From: Lysobacteraceae bacterium
Lineage (GTDB): Bacteria; Pseudomonadota; Gammaproteobacteria; Xanthomonadales; Xanthomonadaceae
DNA length: 64,000 nucleotides
Reading direction: 5' to 3'
Assembly (NCBI GenBank): GCA_035686325.1
Contig: DASRZN010000196.1
Span: 2,006 to 66,005, forward strand
A program made the translations under genes and the position numbers. Below, piece after piece: positions 28,266 through 37,125 of this stretch. A model generated the notes under the pieces. It had not been told where the DNA came from. It ran no database searches and saw only the letters and a program-made list of their open reading frames with translations. Every line of letters begins with the position of its first letter. Position 1 is the stretch's first letter.

Positions 28266-30619
28266 AACGGCAGCGCGAGGTCCGGCTTGAGCGCCAGCAG
28301 CTGCTCGCGGAACGCGGTCTGGATCCGCGCCAGCGCCTCCGGGGAGTCGGCGTCGAAGCGCAGCACCAGCACCGGCGTCGTGTTGGACGCGCGCACCAGG
28401 CCCCAGCCGTCGTTCCAGTCCACCCGCAGGCCGTCGATGGTCGAGCTGCGCGCGCCCTCGAACTTCGCCGCCTCGCGGAAGCGTTTGACGAAGGCATGCG
28501 GATCGCCGTCCGGCGCATCCACCTTGATCTCCGGGGTCGATACGCCATTGGGCAGCGCGTCGAGCTGTACGCCCGGCGCTTCCTCGCGCGAGGACAGGAT
28601 CTCGAGCAGGCGCGCGGCGGCGTAGATGCCGTCGTCGAAGCCGTACCAGCGCTCGGCGAAGAAGAAGTGGCCGCTCATCTCGCCGGCCAGCTCCGCTTCG
28701 GTTTCGCGCATCTTCGCCTTGATCAGCGAATGCCCGGTCTTCCACATCAGCGGGCTGCCGCCGTGGCGCAGGATATGCCCGGGCAGGCGGCCGGTGCACT
28801 TGACGTCGTACACGATCACCGCGCCCGGGTTGCGCTCCAGCACGTCGGCGGCGAACAGCATCAGCAGGCGGTCGGGGAAGATGTTCTGGCCGTCGCGGGT
28901 GACCACGCCGAGGCGGTCGCCGTCGCCGTCGAAGGCGATGCCGAGGTCCGCGTCCAGGCGCTGCACCATCCGCACCAGGTCCTCGAGGTTGTGCGGCTCG
29001 CTCGGGTCCGGGTGGTGGTTGGGGAAGCTGCCGTCGATCTCGCAGTACAGCGGCACCACCTGCGCGCCGATCGCCTCCAGCACGCGCGGGCCGATCTCGC
29101 CGGCGACGCCGTTGCCGGCATCCACCACCACCTTCAGCCGGCGGTCCATCTGCACGTCGCCGGCGATGCGGGAGACGTAGTCGTCGCTGATCTCGCGCTG
29201 GCTCAGGGTGCCGGGCGCGTCGGCGGTGTGCAGGCGGTCCTCGGCGATGCGGGTGTGCAGGTCGGTGATCGCGTTCCCGGACAGGGTGACGCCGCCGACC
29301 ACGATCTTGAAGCCGTTGTAGTCGGGCGGGTTGTGGCTGCCGGTGACCGCGATACCGCAGCCGGTGCGCAGGTGGAAGGTGCCGAAATAGACCACCGGGG
29401 TCGGAACCATGCCGATGTCAATGACGTTGCGGCCGGCCCGGCGCAGGCCGTCGGTGAGGCCATCGACCAGCTCGGGACCGGACAGCCGGCCGTCGCGGCC
29501 GACCACGATGTCGGTCAGGTTCTGCTCGAACATCAGGGTGCCGATCGCATGACCGATCAGCTCGGCGACGCCGCGGTCGAGGGTCTGCCCGACCACGCCG
29601 CGGATGTCGTAGGCGCGGAAGATGCCACGGTCGATCGCGACCGGTTCGCGCGGCGCCAGCGCGGCGGCCGGCGCCGCGGCCGGCTTCGGCGCCGGCGGCC
29701 CGGCGGCATCGTCCGTCGTACTCGCCGGCGTCGCCTCGGCGGTGGGGGCCGGCGGCGGCGGGGTCAGCACGGCGTCGGCCAGGGTCGGCGCGTCGTCCGC
29801 TTCGACGGTGTGGCCAGGGCTGCGCCGCGACGCACGCCAGGCCAGTCCGGCCAGCAGCAGCAACACCAGCGCGGCGACGCCCGAGGGAATCGCGCCCAGC
29901 CCGAACAGCCCGTTCGCCTCCTCCGGCAACCCCGCGGCAATGCGCAGGTCGGTGCCCGGGACCTTGGCCGCGAGCGCCTCCGCGCTCTCCGCCAGCGCGG
30001 CATCGCCGCGTTCAAGGACCCGCGCGGTGCCCTGGCGCAGCGACAGGTAGACGCCGTCGGCGACCGCGACCGACTGCAGGGCGTCGGTCGCCACCTGCAG
30101 CGGCAGGCGCACGTAGGCGACGCCGACCACGGCATCGCCGGCGCGCGCGGGCGCGGCCAGCACCAGCTTCGCGCCGCCGCCGTCGCGGGCGATGCGCGCG
30201 ACCGGGGCGTCGGTGGCCAGCGCCGCCTCCAGCGCCGCCAGCTTGCCGAAGCCGGTGCCCGGCAGGCCGGCGACGCCCGCATCGAGGTCGGCCGGCACCA
30301 CCTCCGCCGCTTCCACATGGGCCCAGCCGGCGCGCAGGCGCGTGGCGGCGGCGGCGTTGTCGCCGGCGGCCAGCGCGTCCTGCACCGGCGCCGACGCCAG
30401 CCGCTCGCGCAGCTGCTGCTTCTGCCGGTCCAGCGCGCGCTGGGTGCCCTGCACGGCAAGGTCGCGCGAGGTCTGCAACGCCTCGCTGCGGCGCGCGTCC
30501 TGCCACTGCCGCCAACCGGTCCAGGCGAACAGCAGGGCCAGCACCAGGCAGGCCAGGGCCAGCGCCGGCAGCAGCGGGCGCAGCTGCTCGGCACCGGGGC
30601 GTCGTGTGTTCTCGCTCAT
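28262..30619 (-). CDS. algC: Phosphomannomutase/phosphoglucomutase (AlgC/XanA-type) with about a 330-aa N-terminal membrane/periplasmic extension
   Basis: The C-terminal 450 aa carry PMM/PGM motifs (TGSHNPPDYNGFK, DGDGDR, GEMSGH). The N-terminus has 2 TM helices flanking about 210 aa, followed by a Pro/Ala linker. Located next to dut-coaC/B, as in Pseudomonas. Confidence 0.9.
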   Translation of the reverse strand: MSENTRRPGAEQLRPLLPALALACLVLALLFAWTGWRQWQDARRSEALQTSRDLAVQGTQRALDRQKQQLRERLASAPVQDALAAGDNAAAATRLRAGWAHVEAAEVVPADLDAGVAGLPGTGFGKLAALEAALATDAPVARIARDGGGAKLVLAAPARAGDAVVGVAYVRLPLQVATDALQSVAVADGVYLSLRQGTARVLERGDAALAESAEALAAKVPGTDLRIAAGLPEEANGLFGLGAIPSGVAALVLLLLAGLAWRASRRSPGHTVEADDAPTLADAVLTPPPPAPTAEATPASTTDDAAGPPAPKPAAAPAAALAPREPVAIDRGIFRAYDIRGVVGQTLDRGVAELIGHAIGTLMFEQNLTDIVVGRDGRLSGPELVDGLTDGLRRAGRNVIDIGMVPTPVVYFGTFHLRTGCGIAVTGSHNPPDYNGFKIVVGGVTLSGNAITDLHTRIAEDRLHTADAPGTLSQREISDDYVSRIAGDVQMDRRLKVVVDAGNGVAGEIGPRVLEAIGAQVVPLYCEIDGSFPNHHPDPSEPHNLEDLVRMVQRLDADLGIAFDGDGDRLGVVTRDGQNIFPDRLLMLFAADVLERNPGAVIVYDVKCTGRLPGHILRHGGSPLMWKTGHSLIKAKMRETEAELAGEMSGHFFFAERWYGFDDGIYAAARLLEILSSREEAPGVQLDALPNGVSTPEIKVDAPDGDPHAFVKRFREAAKFEGARSSTIDGLRVDWNDGWGLVRASNTTPVLVLRFDADSPEALARIQTAFREQLLALKPDLALPF

Positions 30620-30631
30620 CGCGTTCCCCTG

Positions 30632-31090
30632 TCAGCGCACGCCGGTGTGGCCGAAGCCGCCGACGCCGCGCGCACTTTCCTCGAATGCCTCCACCACCTG
30701 CAGCGATGCCCGCACCAGCGGCAGCACCAGCAACTGGGCGATGCGGTCCCCGGGGGCGATGGTGAACGGTTCGCCGCCGCGATTCCAGACGCTGATCAGC
30801 AGCGGGCCCTGGTAATCGGCGTCGATCAGGCCGGTGCCGTTGCCCAGCACGATCCCGTGCTTGTGGCCGAGCCCGGAGCGCGGCAGCACCAGCGCGCACA
30901 GCGCCGGGTCGGCGAGGTGGATCGCCAGGCCCGAGGGCACCAGCGCGGCGTCGCCGGGCGCCAGGACCAGCGGCGCGTCGAGCGCGGCGCGCAGGTCGAG
31001 CGCGGCGCTGGCCGCGGTCGCGTAGTCGGGCAACGGCCACTCGGCGCCGAAGCGCGGGTCGAGCACTTTGACTTCCAGCGTGCGTTGCAT
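30632..31090 (-). CDS. dut: dUTP diphosphatase
   Basis: 152 aa from [15 protein letters not shown]. Motifs [23 protein letters not shown] and GFGHTG are present. The ATG shares one nt with the coaB stop. Confidence 0.95.
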   Translation of the reverse strand: MQRTLEVKVLDPRFGAEWPLPDYATAASAALDLRAALDAPLVLAPGDAALVPSGLAIHLADPALCALVLPRSGLGHKHGIVLGNGTGLIDADYQGPLLISVWNRGGEPFTIAPGDRIAQLLVLPLVRASLQVVEAFEESARGVGGFGHTGVR

Positions 31091-31746
31091 CAGGTCAGGC
31101 GCTCCGCGACCAGGTCGAGCAGGGCGTCGGCGAGTTCCGGCTTGGGCGCGGGCCCGAGTGCGCGGACCAGGTCGTCGGCGTACACCGTGAGCTGGTTGTC
31201 GTCGCTCTCGAACCCGCTGCCGGCCACGCCGACGCGGTTGGCGGCGATCAGGTCGAGGCGCTTGGCGGCCAGCTTGCCACGCGCGTAGCGCTCGACGTCG
31301 CCGGTTTCGGCGGCGAAGCCGACCACCAGCGCGGGCCGCCGCCCGTGCGCGGCGACTTCCGCGAGGATGTCCGGCGTGCGCACCAGCTCCAGCGTCATCG
31401 TGTCCACGCCAGCCTGCTTCTTCAGCTTGTGCGCGGCGGTCGCGCGCGGCCGCCAGTCGGCGACCGCGGCGGCGCCGACGTAGACGTCGCACGGCAACGC
31501 GGCCAGCACCGCGGCGCGCATCTGCTCGGCCGAACGCACGTCCACCCGCTGCACGCCGGTTGGCGTCGCCAGCTGCACCGGTCCGGCGACCAGCACCACC
31601 TGCGCGCCGCGCCGCGCGGCCGCGGCGGCGACCGCGAAGCCCATCTTGCCGCTGCTGCGGTTGCCCAGGAAGCGGACCGGGTCGATGTCCTCGCAGGTCG
31701 GCCCGGCGCTGACCAGCACCCGGCGCCCGGCCAGCGTCGCGCTCAC
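31090..31746 (-). CDS. coaB: Phosphopantothenate--cysteine ligase (CoaB module), apparently a separate ORF starting at GTG
   Basis: Contains [27 protein letters not shown] and the rest of a CoaB domain. The in-frame GTG at 31746..31744 overlaps the coaC TGA (GTGA). The upstream 172 codons of track ORF 31090..32262 are shadow of coaC. Confidence 0.7.
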   Translation of the reverse strand: MSATLAGRRVLVSAGPTCEDIDPVRFLGNRSSGKMGFAVAAAAARRGAQVVLVAGPVQLATPTGVQRVDVRSAEQMRAAVLAALPCDVYVGAAAVADWRPRATAAHKLKKQAGVDTMTLELVRTPDILAEVAAHGRRPALVVGFAAETGDVERYARGKLAAKRLDLIAANRVGVAGSGFESDDNQLTVYADDLVRALGPAPKPELADALLDLVAERLT

Positions 31747-32300
31747 CGTCGTCCCGCCGCGGCCAGCGCCTGCACGATCGCGTCCGGTTCGACCAGCCGG
31801 CCGGGACCGAATTCGCCGCAGGCCTGCGGGCCATCGTCGGGCCCGATCACCAGCGCGCCGCGCGCGACGAGGGTGGCGACGTTGGCCCGGGTCGCCGGAT
31901 GCGCCCACATGCGGTGGTTCATCGCGGGGGCGATCGCCAGCGGCGCGGTGGTCGCCAGGCACAAGGTGCTGACCAGGTCGTCGGCGAGGCCGTGCGCGAG
32001 TTTCGCGATCGTGTTGGCGGTGGCCGGCGCCACCAGCACCTGCTCGGCCCAGCGCGCGAGTTCGATGTGGCCCATCGCGGCTTCCGCGTTCTCGTCCCAC
32101 AGCGAGCTGCGCACGGTGCGGCCGGACACCGCCTGGAAGCTCTGCGCGCCGACGAAGCGCAGCGCGTCCCCGGTCATCGCCACCTGCACCTGGGCGCCGG
32201 CGTCGCCGAGCCGGCGCACCAGCTCCACCGCCTTGTAGGCGGCGATGCCGCCGCACACGCACAGCAGCACGCGGCGTTCGAGGCGGGCGGGACCGTCCAT
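31743..32300 (-). CDS. coaC: Phosphopantothenoylcysteine decarboxylase (CoaC flavoprotein module)
   Basis: 185 aa. Contains [23 protein letters not shown] and [13 protein letters not shown]. It ends in what is normally the CoaBC interdomain linker. Confidence 0.85.
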   Translation of the reverse strand: MDGPARLERRVLLCVCGGIAAYKAVELVRRLGDAGAQVQVAMTGDALRFVGAQSFQAVSGRTVRSSLWDENAEAAMGHIELARWAEQVLVAPATANTIAKLAHGLADDLVSTLCLATTAPLAIAPAMNHRMWAHPATRANVATLVARGALVIGPDDGPQACGEFGPGRLVEPDAIVQALAAAGRR

Positions 32301-32450
32301 GCGGGTCGGGAAATTCCTACGGCGGAAGTGGCGGTTAGCTTACCCGACGGGGGCGTTGAGACCGATCGCGCGGGCGGCGCGGCGCGGGGACAGTGAGGTC
32401 ATTCCTCCGGCGCCGCGACCGCGGGCGCCGCCTCCCGACCAGGTGCCCCG

Positions 32451-33125
32451 ATGCACATCCGCGACTGGCCCGCCGGCGAACGTCCCCGCGAGAAGCTGCT
32501 CGCCCGCGGCGCGCAGGTGCTGTCGGACGCCGAACTGCTGGCGCTGTTCCTCGGCTCCGGCCTGCGCGGCCAGGACGCGGTGGCGACCGCGCGCGACCTG
32601 CTCGCCGCGCACGGCCCGCTGCGCGCGCTGCTCGAGCGCAGCCCGGCGCATCTGGCGGAACTGCCCGGTCTCGGCCCCGCCCGCGCCGCCCAGCTGGCGG
32701 CCGCGCTGGAACTGTGCAGCCGCTACCTCGCCGCCGGCCTGGAACGCGGCGAGGCGCTGTCCGACCCGGCCGCCGCCGGCCGCTACTTCGCCCAGCGCCT
32801 GCGCGGCTACCCGCACGAGGTCTTCGCCGCGCTGTTCCTCGACGCCCGCCATCGCGCGCTCGCCTTCGAGGAGCTGTTCCGCGGCACCATCGACGGCGCC
32901 GAGGTGCATCCGCGCGAGGTGGTACGCCGCGCGCTGGCGCACAACGCCGCTGCGGTGATCGTCGGCCACAACCACCCCAGCGGCAGCGCCGAGCCGAGCG
33001 CCGCCGACCGCGCGGTCACCGCCCGCCTCAAGCAGAGCCTTGCGCTGGTCGACATCCGCCTGCTCGACCATTTCGTGATCGGCGACGGCGCCCCGGTGTC
33101 GCTGGCGGCGCGCGGCTGGGTGTAG
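32451..33125 (+). CDS. radC: RadC-family JAB/MPN domain protein (UPF0758, YicR-like)
   Basis: 224 aa. Contains PREKLL..G...LSDAELLA, the HhH motif [12 protein letters not shown], and the JAMM motif [14 protein letters not shown]. Confidence 0.92.
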   Translation: MHIRDWPAGERPREKLLARGAQVLSDAELLALFLGSGLRGQDAVATARDLLAAHGPLRALLERSPAHLAELPGLGPARAAQLAAALELCSRYLAAGLERGEALSDPAAAGRYFAQRLRGYPHEVFAALFLDARHRALAFEELFRGTIDGAEVHPREVVRRALAHNAAAVIVGHNHPSGSAEPSAADRAVTARLKQSLALVDIRLLDHFVIGDGAPVSLAARGWV

Positions 33126-33201
33126 CGCGCGCCGGAGGCAGGCGGGGCGGCGGCCGCGCCCGCTACAATGCCACTCCGTTGAACCTTCGCAGAACCTCCG
33201 C

Positions 33202-34899
33202 GTGAAAGCCCAGCTCCGCGCCCTGATCCAGCAGGGTATCGATGCCCTGCGTGCCGATGGCACCCTGCCGGCCGAGGCCGCGACGCCGGAGTTCGTCGTG
33301 GAGCGCCCGAAGGATCGCGGCCACGGCGACTTCTCCACCAACGTCGCGATGCTGCTGGCGAAGGCCGCGAAGACCAATCCGCGCGCGCTGGCGCAGGCGC
33401 TGCTGCCGCGCATCCAGGGCGCCGATGCCGACGGCCTGCTCGCCACCGCCGAGATCGCCGGCCCCGGCTTCCTCAACTTCCGGCTCGCGCCGGCCGCGTG
33501 GCAGGCACAGCTGCGCGCGATCCACGCCGAGGGCGCGGGCTACGGCCGCAACGCGAGCGGCAGGGGCCACCGCGCCGGCGTCGAATACGTTTCCGCCAAC
33601 CCGACCGGCCCGCTGCACGTCGGCCACGGCCGCGCCGCGGTGATCGGCGACTGCATCGCGCGCGTGCTCGCCGCCAACGGCTGGGACGTGGTGCGCGAGT
33701 TCTACTACAACGACGCCGGCGCGCAGATCGACAACCTGGCCAAGTCGGTGCAGGCGCGCGCGCTGGGCCAGACCCCCGATGATCCGTCCTGGCCGGAGGA
33801 CGGCTACCGCGGCGACTACATCGTCGACGTCGCCCAGGCCTACCTGCGCGGCGACAGCGTCGAGGTCGAAGGCCACGTCGTCGCCGGCGCCCAGGATCCG
33901 CGGGACCTGGACGCGATCCGCCGCTTCGCGGTGGCCTGGCTGCGCCGCGAGCAGAACGCCGACCTCGCCGCCTACGGCGTCGCCTTCGACGTGTACTTCC
34001 TGGAGTCCTCGCTGTACGCCGACGGCAAGGTGGAGGAAACCGTGCGCGAGTTGATCGCGCACGGCCACACCTACGAGGAGGGCGGCGCGCTGTGGCTGCG
34101 CACCACCGACTTCGGCGACGACAAGGACCGGGTGATGCGCAAGTCCGACGGCACGTACACCTATTTCGTGCCGGACGTCGCCTACCACCTGTCCAAGTGG
34201 CAGCGCGGCTACGAGCGCGCGATCACCGAGCTCGGCGCCGACCACCACGGCTCGCTGGCGCGGGTGAAGGCCGGCCTGCAGGCGCTCGACCTCGGCATCC
34301 CGGCCGGCTACCCGGAATACGTGCTGCACCAGATGGTGACGGTGATGCGCGGCGGCGAGGAGGTGAAGCTGTCCAAGCGCGCCGGCAGCTACCTCACCCT
34401 GCGCGACCTGATCGACGAGGTCGGCCGCGACGCCACCCGCTGGTTCCTGCTCGCGCGCCGGCCCGATTCGCAGCTCACCTTCGACATCGACCTGGCGCGC
34501 AGCCAGTCGCTGGACAACCCGGTCTACTACGTGCAGCTGTCGCACGCGCGCACCTGCGGCCTGTTCCGCCAGGCGCGCGAGCGCGGCGTCGCCTTCGACC
34601 TCGGCAACGGCCTGGCGCAACTGCCGGACCTCGCCGACGCGCGCACCCGCGAGCTGCTGACCGAGCTGTCGCGCTATCCCGAGGTCGTGGCCGCGGCCGG
34701 CGAGCAGCTCGAGCCGCACCAGCTCGCCGCCTACCTGCACGAGCTGGCGCAGGCCTTCCAGTCGTACTACAACGAACACCAGTTCCTGGTCGACGACGCC
34801 AACGTGCGCGACGCGCGCCTCGCGCTCGCGCAGGCGACTCGCCAGGTGCTGGCGAACGGGCTCGGATTGATTGGCGTCTCGGCGCCGGAGGCGATGTAG
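33202..34899 (+). CDS. argS: Arginine--tRNA ligase
   Basis: 565 aa with a GTG start. HIGH-type motif ([13 protein letters not shown]), a KMSKS-like element and the C-terminal anticodon-binding domain are present. Confidence 0.95.
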   Translation: MKAQLRALIQQGIDALRADGTLPAEAATPEFVVERPKDRGHGDFSTNVAMLLAKAAKTNPRALAQALLPRIQGADADGLLATAEIAGPGFLNFRLAPAAWQAQLRAIHAEGAGYGRNASGRGHRAGVEYVSANPTGPLHVGHGRAAVIGDCIARVLAANGWDVVREFYYNDAGAQIDNLAKSVQARALGQTPDDPSWPEDGYRGDYIVDVAQAYLRGDSVEVEGHVVAGAQDPRDLDAIRRFAVAWLRREQNADLAAYGVAFDVYFLESSLYADGKVEETVRELIAHGHTYEEGGALWLRTTDFGDDKDRVMRKSDGTYTYFVPDVAYHLSKWQRGYERAITELGADHHGSLARVKAGLQALDLGIPAGYPEYVLHQMVTVMRGGEEVKLSKRAGSYLTLRDLIDEVGRDATRWFLLARRPDSQLTFDIDLARSQSLDNPVYYVQLSHARTCGLFRQARERGVAFDLGNGLAQLPDLADARTRELLTELSRYPEVVAAAGEQLEPHQLAAYLHELAQAFQSYYNEHQFLVDDANVRDARLALAQATRQVLANGLGLIGVSAPEAM

Positions 34900-35652
34900 G
34901 TGGCGGCACGCAAGGGCAAGTCGCAGGCGCGGCGCAACCACGGCGGGGACCACGGCCTGCCGGGCTGGGCCTGGCTGGTGCTGGGCGTGGTACTGACCGC
35001 GGTGGTGTTGCTGGGCGCGCCGAAGCTGCTGCACAAGGGCGAGGGCGACGGCTTCTTCCGGCCCACGCCGAATCCCGACGCGCAACCGGCGGGAACGGCG
35101 GAGGACGAGGCGATCGTCGCCACCGACGCCCACCCGGCCACGCGCGGGGACGACGACGCGAACGAAGACACCGCGCCGCCGAAAGACACCCGCTACGACT
35201 TCTACACCCTGCTGCCCAGCGACGAAGTGCCGATGAGCGACGCCGAGCTGGAAGCGACCGCGCGCGCGGAAGCGGCGCGTGCCGCGCGCCCGCAGCCGCC
35301 GGCGCCGGTGGATGACGCCGACACGACGCCGCGCCCGGCCGCCGCAGCCGGCGCGCCCGGCGAAGACGACGCCACCACGCGCGCGACGCCCCCTGCCACC
35401 GCTACCGCCGCCGCCGTTGACACGCCTTACCTGCTGCAGGCCGGCGCCTTCGGTGCGTCCGGCGACGCCGAGGCGCTGAAGGCACGGATCGCCCTGCTCG
35501 GGCTGTCGGCGCGGGTGGAATCGGCGCAGATCGGCGGCCGCACCGTGTACCGCGTGCGCATGGGCCCCTACGGCACCGCCTCCGAGCTGGCCGACGCCAA
35601 GCGCAAGCTGGCCGCCGGCGGCTTGCCGGCGCTGGCGATCAAGGCTAAATAA
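34900..35652 (+). CDS. SPOR-domain cell-division protein (FtsN-like)
   Basis: 250 aa with a GTG start immediately after the argS stop. One TM helix, a Pro/Ala/Asp-rich linker and a C-terminal SPOR domain (YLLQAGAFGASGDAEALKARIALLG...YRVRMGPY) are present. Confidence 0.85.
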   Translation: MAARKGKSQARRNHGGDHGLPGWAWLVLGVVLTAVVLLGAPKLLHKGEGDGFFRPTPNPDAQPAGTAEDEAIVATDAHPATRGDDDANEDTAPPKDTRYDFYTLLPSDEVPMSDAELEATARAEAARAARPQPPAPVDDADTTPRPAAAAGAPGEDDATTRATPPATATAAAVDTPYLLQAGAFGASGDAEALKARIALLGLSARVESAQIGGRTVYRVRMGPYGTASELADAKRKLAAGGLPALAIKAK

Positions 35653-35686
35653 GCCGGCCACGACGGGTGGCGCGCCAGGCGAACGC

Positions 35687-36067
35687 ATGCCCTACGACCT
35701 GCGGCTGGACCAGACCAACCGCCTGCTCGACCTGCGCTACCACGGCGTGGTGTCGGTCGCCCAGCGCCTGCAGGCGTGGGAGGAATCGGCGCCCCTGCTG
35801 GAGGCCAGCGGCTTCCGCCGCCTGCTGATCGACCTCACCGCCGCGATCGCGGCGACCGAGCCCCTGCGCAACACGCGCGCCTTCGTCGGCCGCCTGACCC
35901 ACGAGCCGTTGCTGCTCGCCTCGCGCACCGCCTTCGTCGCCCCGCCCGCGCATCCGGCCAACCACCTGTTCGAGGTGCTGGCGGCCGCCCACCACTACCC
36001 GTTCGCGCGCTTCGACGCCCGCGACGCGGCGCTCGCGTGGCTGCTCAGCGAGGAGCCGCCGGTCTGA
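35687..36067 (+). CDS. Hypothetical protein
   Basis: 126 aa with high GC3. Family not recognised. Confidence 0.55.
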   Translation: MPYDLRLDQTNRLLDLRYHGVVSVAQRLQAWEESAPLLEASGFRRLLIDLTAAIAATEPLRNTRAFVGRLTHEPLLLASRTAFVAPPAHPANHLFEVLAAAHHYPFARFDARDAALAWLLSEEPPV

Positions 36068-36093
36068 ACCGGGCGCGGCCTTAGAATCCGCGC

Positions 36094-36843
36094 ATGGACA
36101 AGCTCGCCTTCATCACCGGGGCCACCTCCGGCTTCGGCCGCGCCGCCGCGCGCCGCTTCGTTGCCGGCGGCTGGCGCGTGGTCGCCACCGGCCGCCGCGC
36201 CGACCGCCTCGACGCGCTGGTCGCCGAACTCGGCGCCGACCGCGTGCACCCCGCCTGCTTCGACCTGCGCGACGCGGCGGCGATGCGCGCCGTGCTCGAC
36301 GCGCTGCCGGACGGCTTCCGCGCCATCGACCTGCTGGTCAACAACGCCGGCCTCGCCCAGGGCACCGCGCCGGCGCAGGAAGCCAGCCTCGAAGACTGGC
36401 GGACCATGATCGACACCAACATCACCACGCTGGTGACGCTCACCCACGCGCTGCTGCCGGCGCTCGTCGCGCGCCGCGGCGCGATCGTCAACGTCAGTTC
36501 CACCGCGGCGAAGTATCCGTACCCGGGCGGCAACGTCTACGGCGGCACCAAGGCCTTCGTCAGCCAGTTCTCGCTCAACCTGCGCACCGACCTGCACGGC
36601 ACCGGCGTGCGGGTGACCGCGCTCGAGCCGGGCATGGCGGAAACCGAGTTCACCCTGGTCCGCACCCACGGCGACCAGGCGGCCTCCGACGCGCTGTACC
36701 GCGGGGTCGAGCCGATGACCGCCGAGGACATCGCGGAGACGCTGTGGTGGGTCGCCAACCTGCCGCCGCACCTTAACGTCAACCGGCTGGAGCTGATGCC
36801 GACCCGGCAGTCGTTCGCCGGCTTCCAGCTGCAGCGCGAGTGA
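36094..36843 (+). CDS. ydfG: NADP-dependent 3-hydroxy acid dehydrogenase (YdfG-type SDR)
   Basis: 249 aa. Contains TGATSGFG, NNAG, the catalytic Y..GTK (YGGTKAF), and a C-terminal tail typical of YdfG. Confidence 0.85.
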   Translation: MDKLAFITGATSGFGRAAARRFVAGGWRVVATGRRADRLDALVAELGADRVHPACFDLRDAAAMRAVLDALPDGFRAIDLLVNNAGLAQGTAPAQEASLEDWRTMIDTNITTLVTLTHALLPALVARRGAIVNVSSTAAKYPYPGGNVYGGTKAFVSQFSLNLRTDLHGTGVRVTALEPGMAETEFTLVRTHGDQAASDALYRGVEPMTAEDIAETLWWVANLPPHLNVNRLELMPTRQSFAGFQLQRE

Positions 36844-36870
36844 CGGCGGCGGGGAACGCGGAAGCGGCGT

Positions 36871-37125
36871 CTACGCCGTGTTCCACTCGCGCACGCTCAC
36901 CTCGGACGCGCCGGTGACGTGCAGCGGATCGGCGAAGGCCATCGCCTGCGCCTGTTCCAGCGATTCGGCGCGCAGCACGTAGGCGCCGCCGCTGCGGTCG
37001 CCGAACGGGCCGTACAGTTCCAGCGCGCCGCGCGCGCGCAAGCCGTCCAGGTGCGCGTAGTGCGGCGCGATCAGCGCCGGGTCGAACTGCGGCCGGCGCA
37101 AGGTCAGGACCAGGAAGCGCTTCAC
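36871..37125 (-). CDS. YciI-family protein
   Basis: 84 aa (VKRFLVLTLRRP...HYAHL...GPF...GGAYVL.A.S.E.A...DP). The GTG start overlaps the speA TGA (GTGA). Confidence 0.75.
   Translation of the reverse strand: MKRFLVLTLRRPQFDPALIAPHYAHLDGLRARGALELYGPFGDRSGGAYVLRAESLEQAQAMAFADPLHVTGASEVSVREWNTA

Noticed and set aside
31747-32262. N-terminal 172 codons of the 390-aa CoaB-frame ORF
   Set aside because: This stretch overlaps the coaC coding region in another frame and translates to Arg/Gly/Pro-rich sequence with no CoaB similarity. The CoaB similarity begins at the GTG at 31746.
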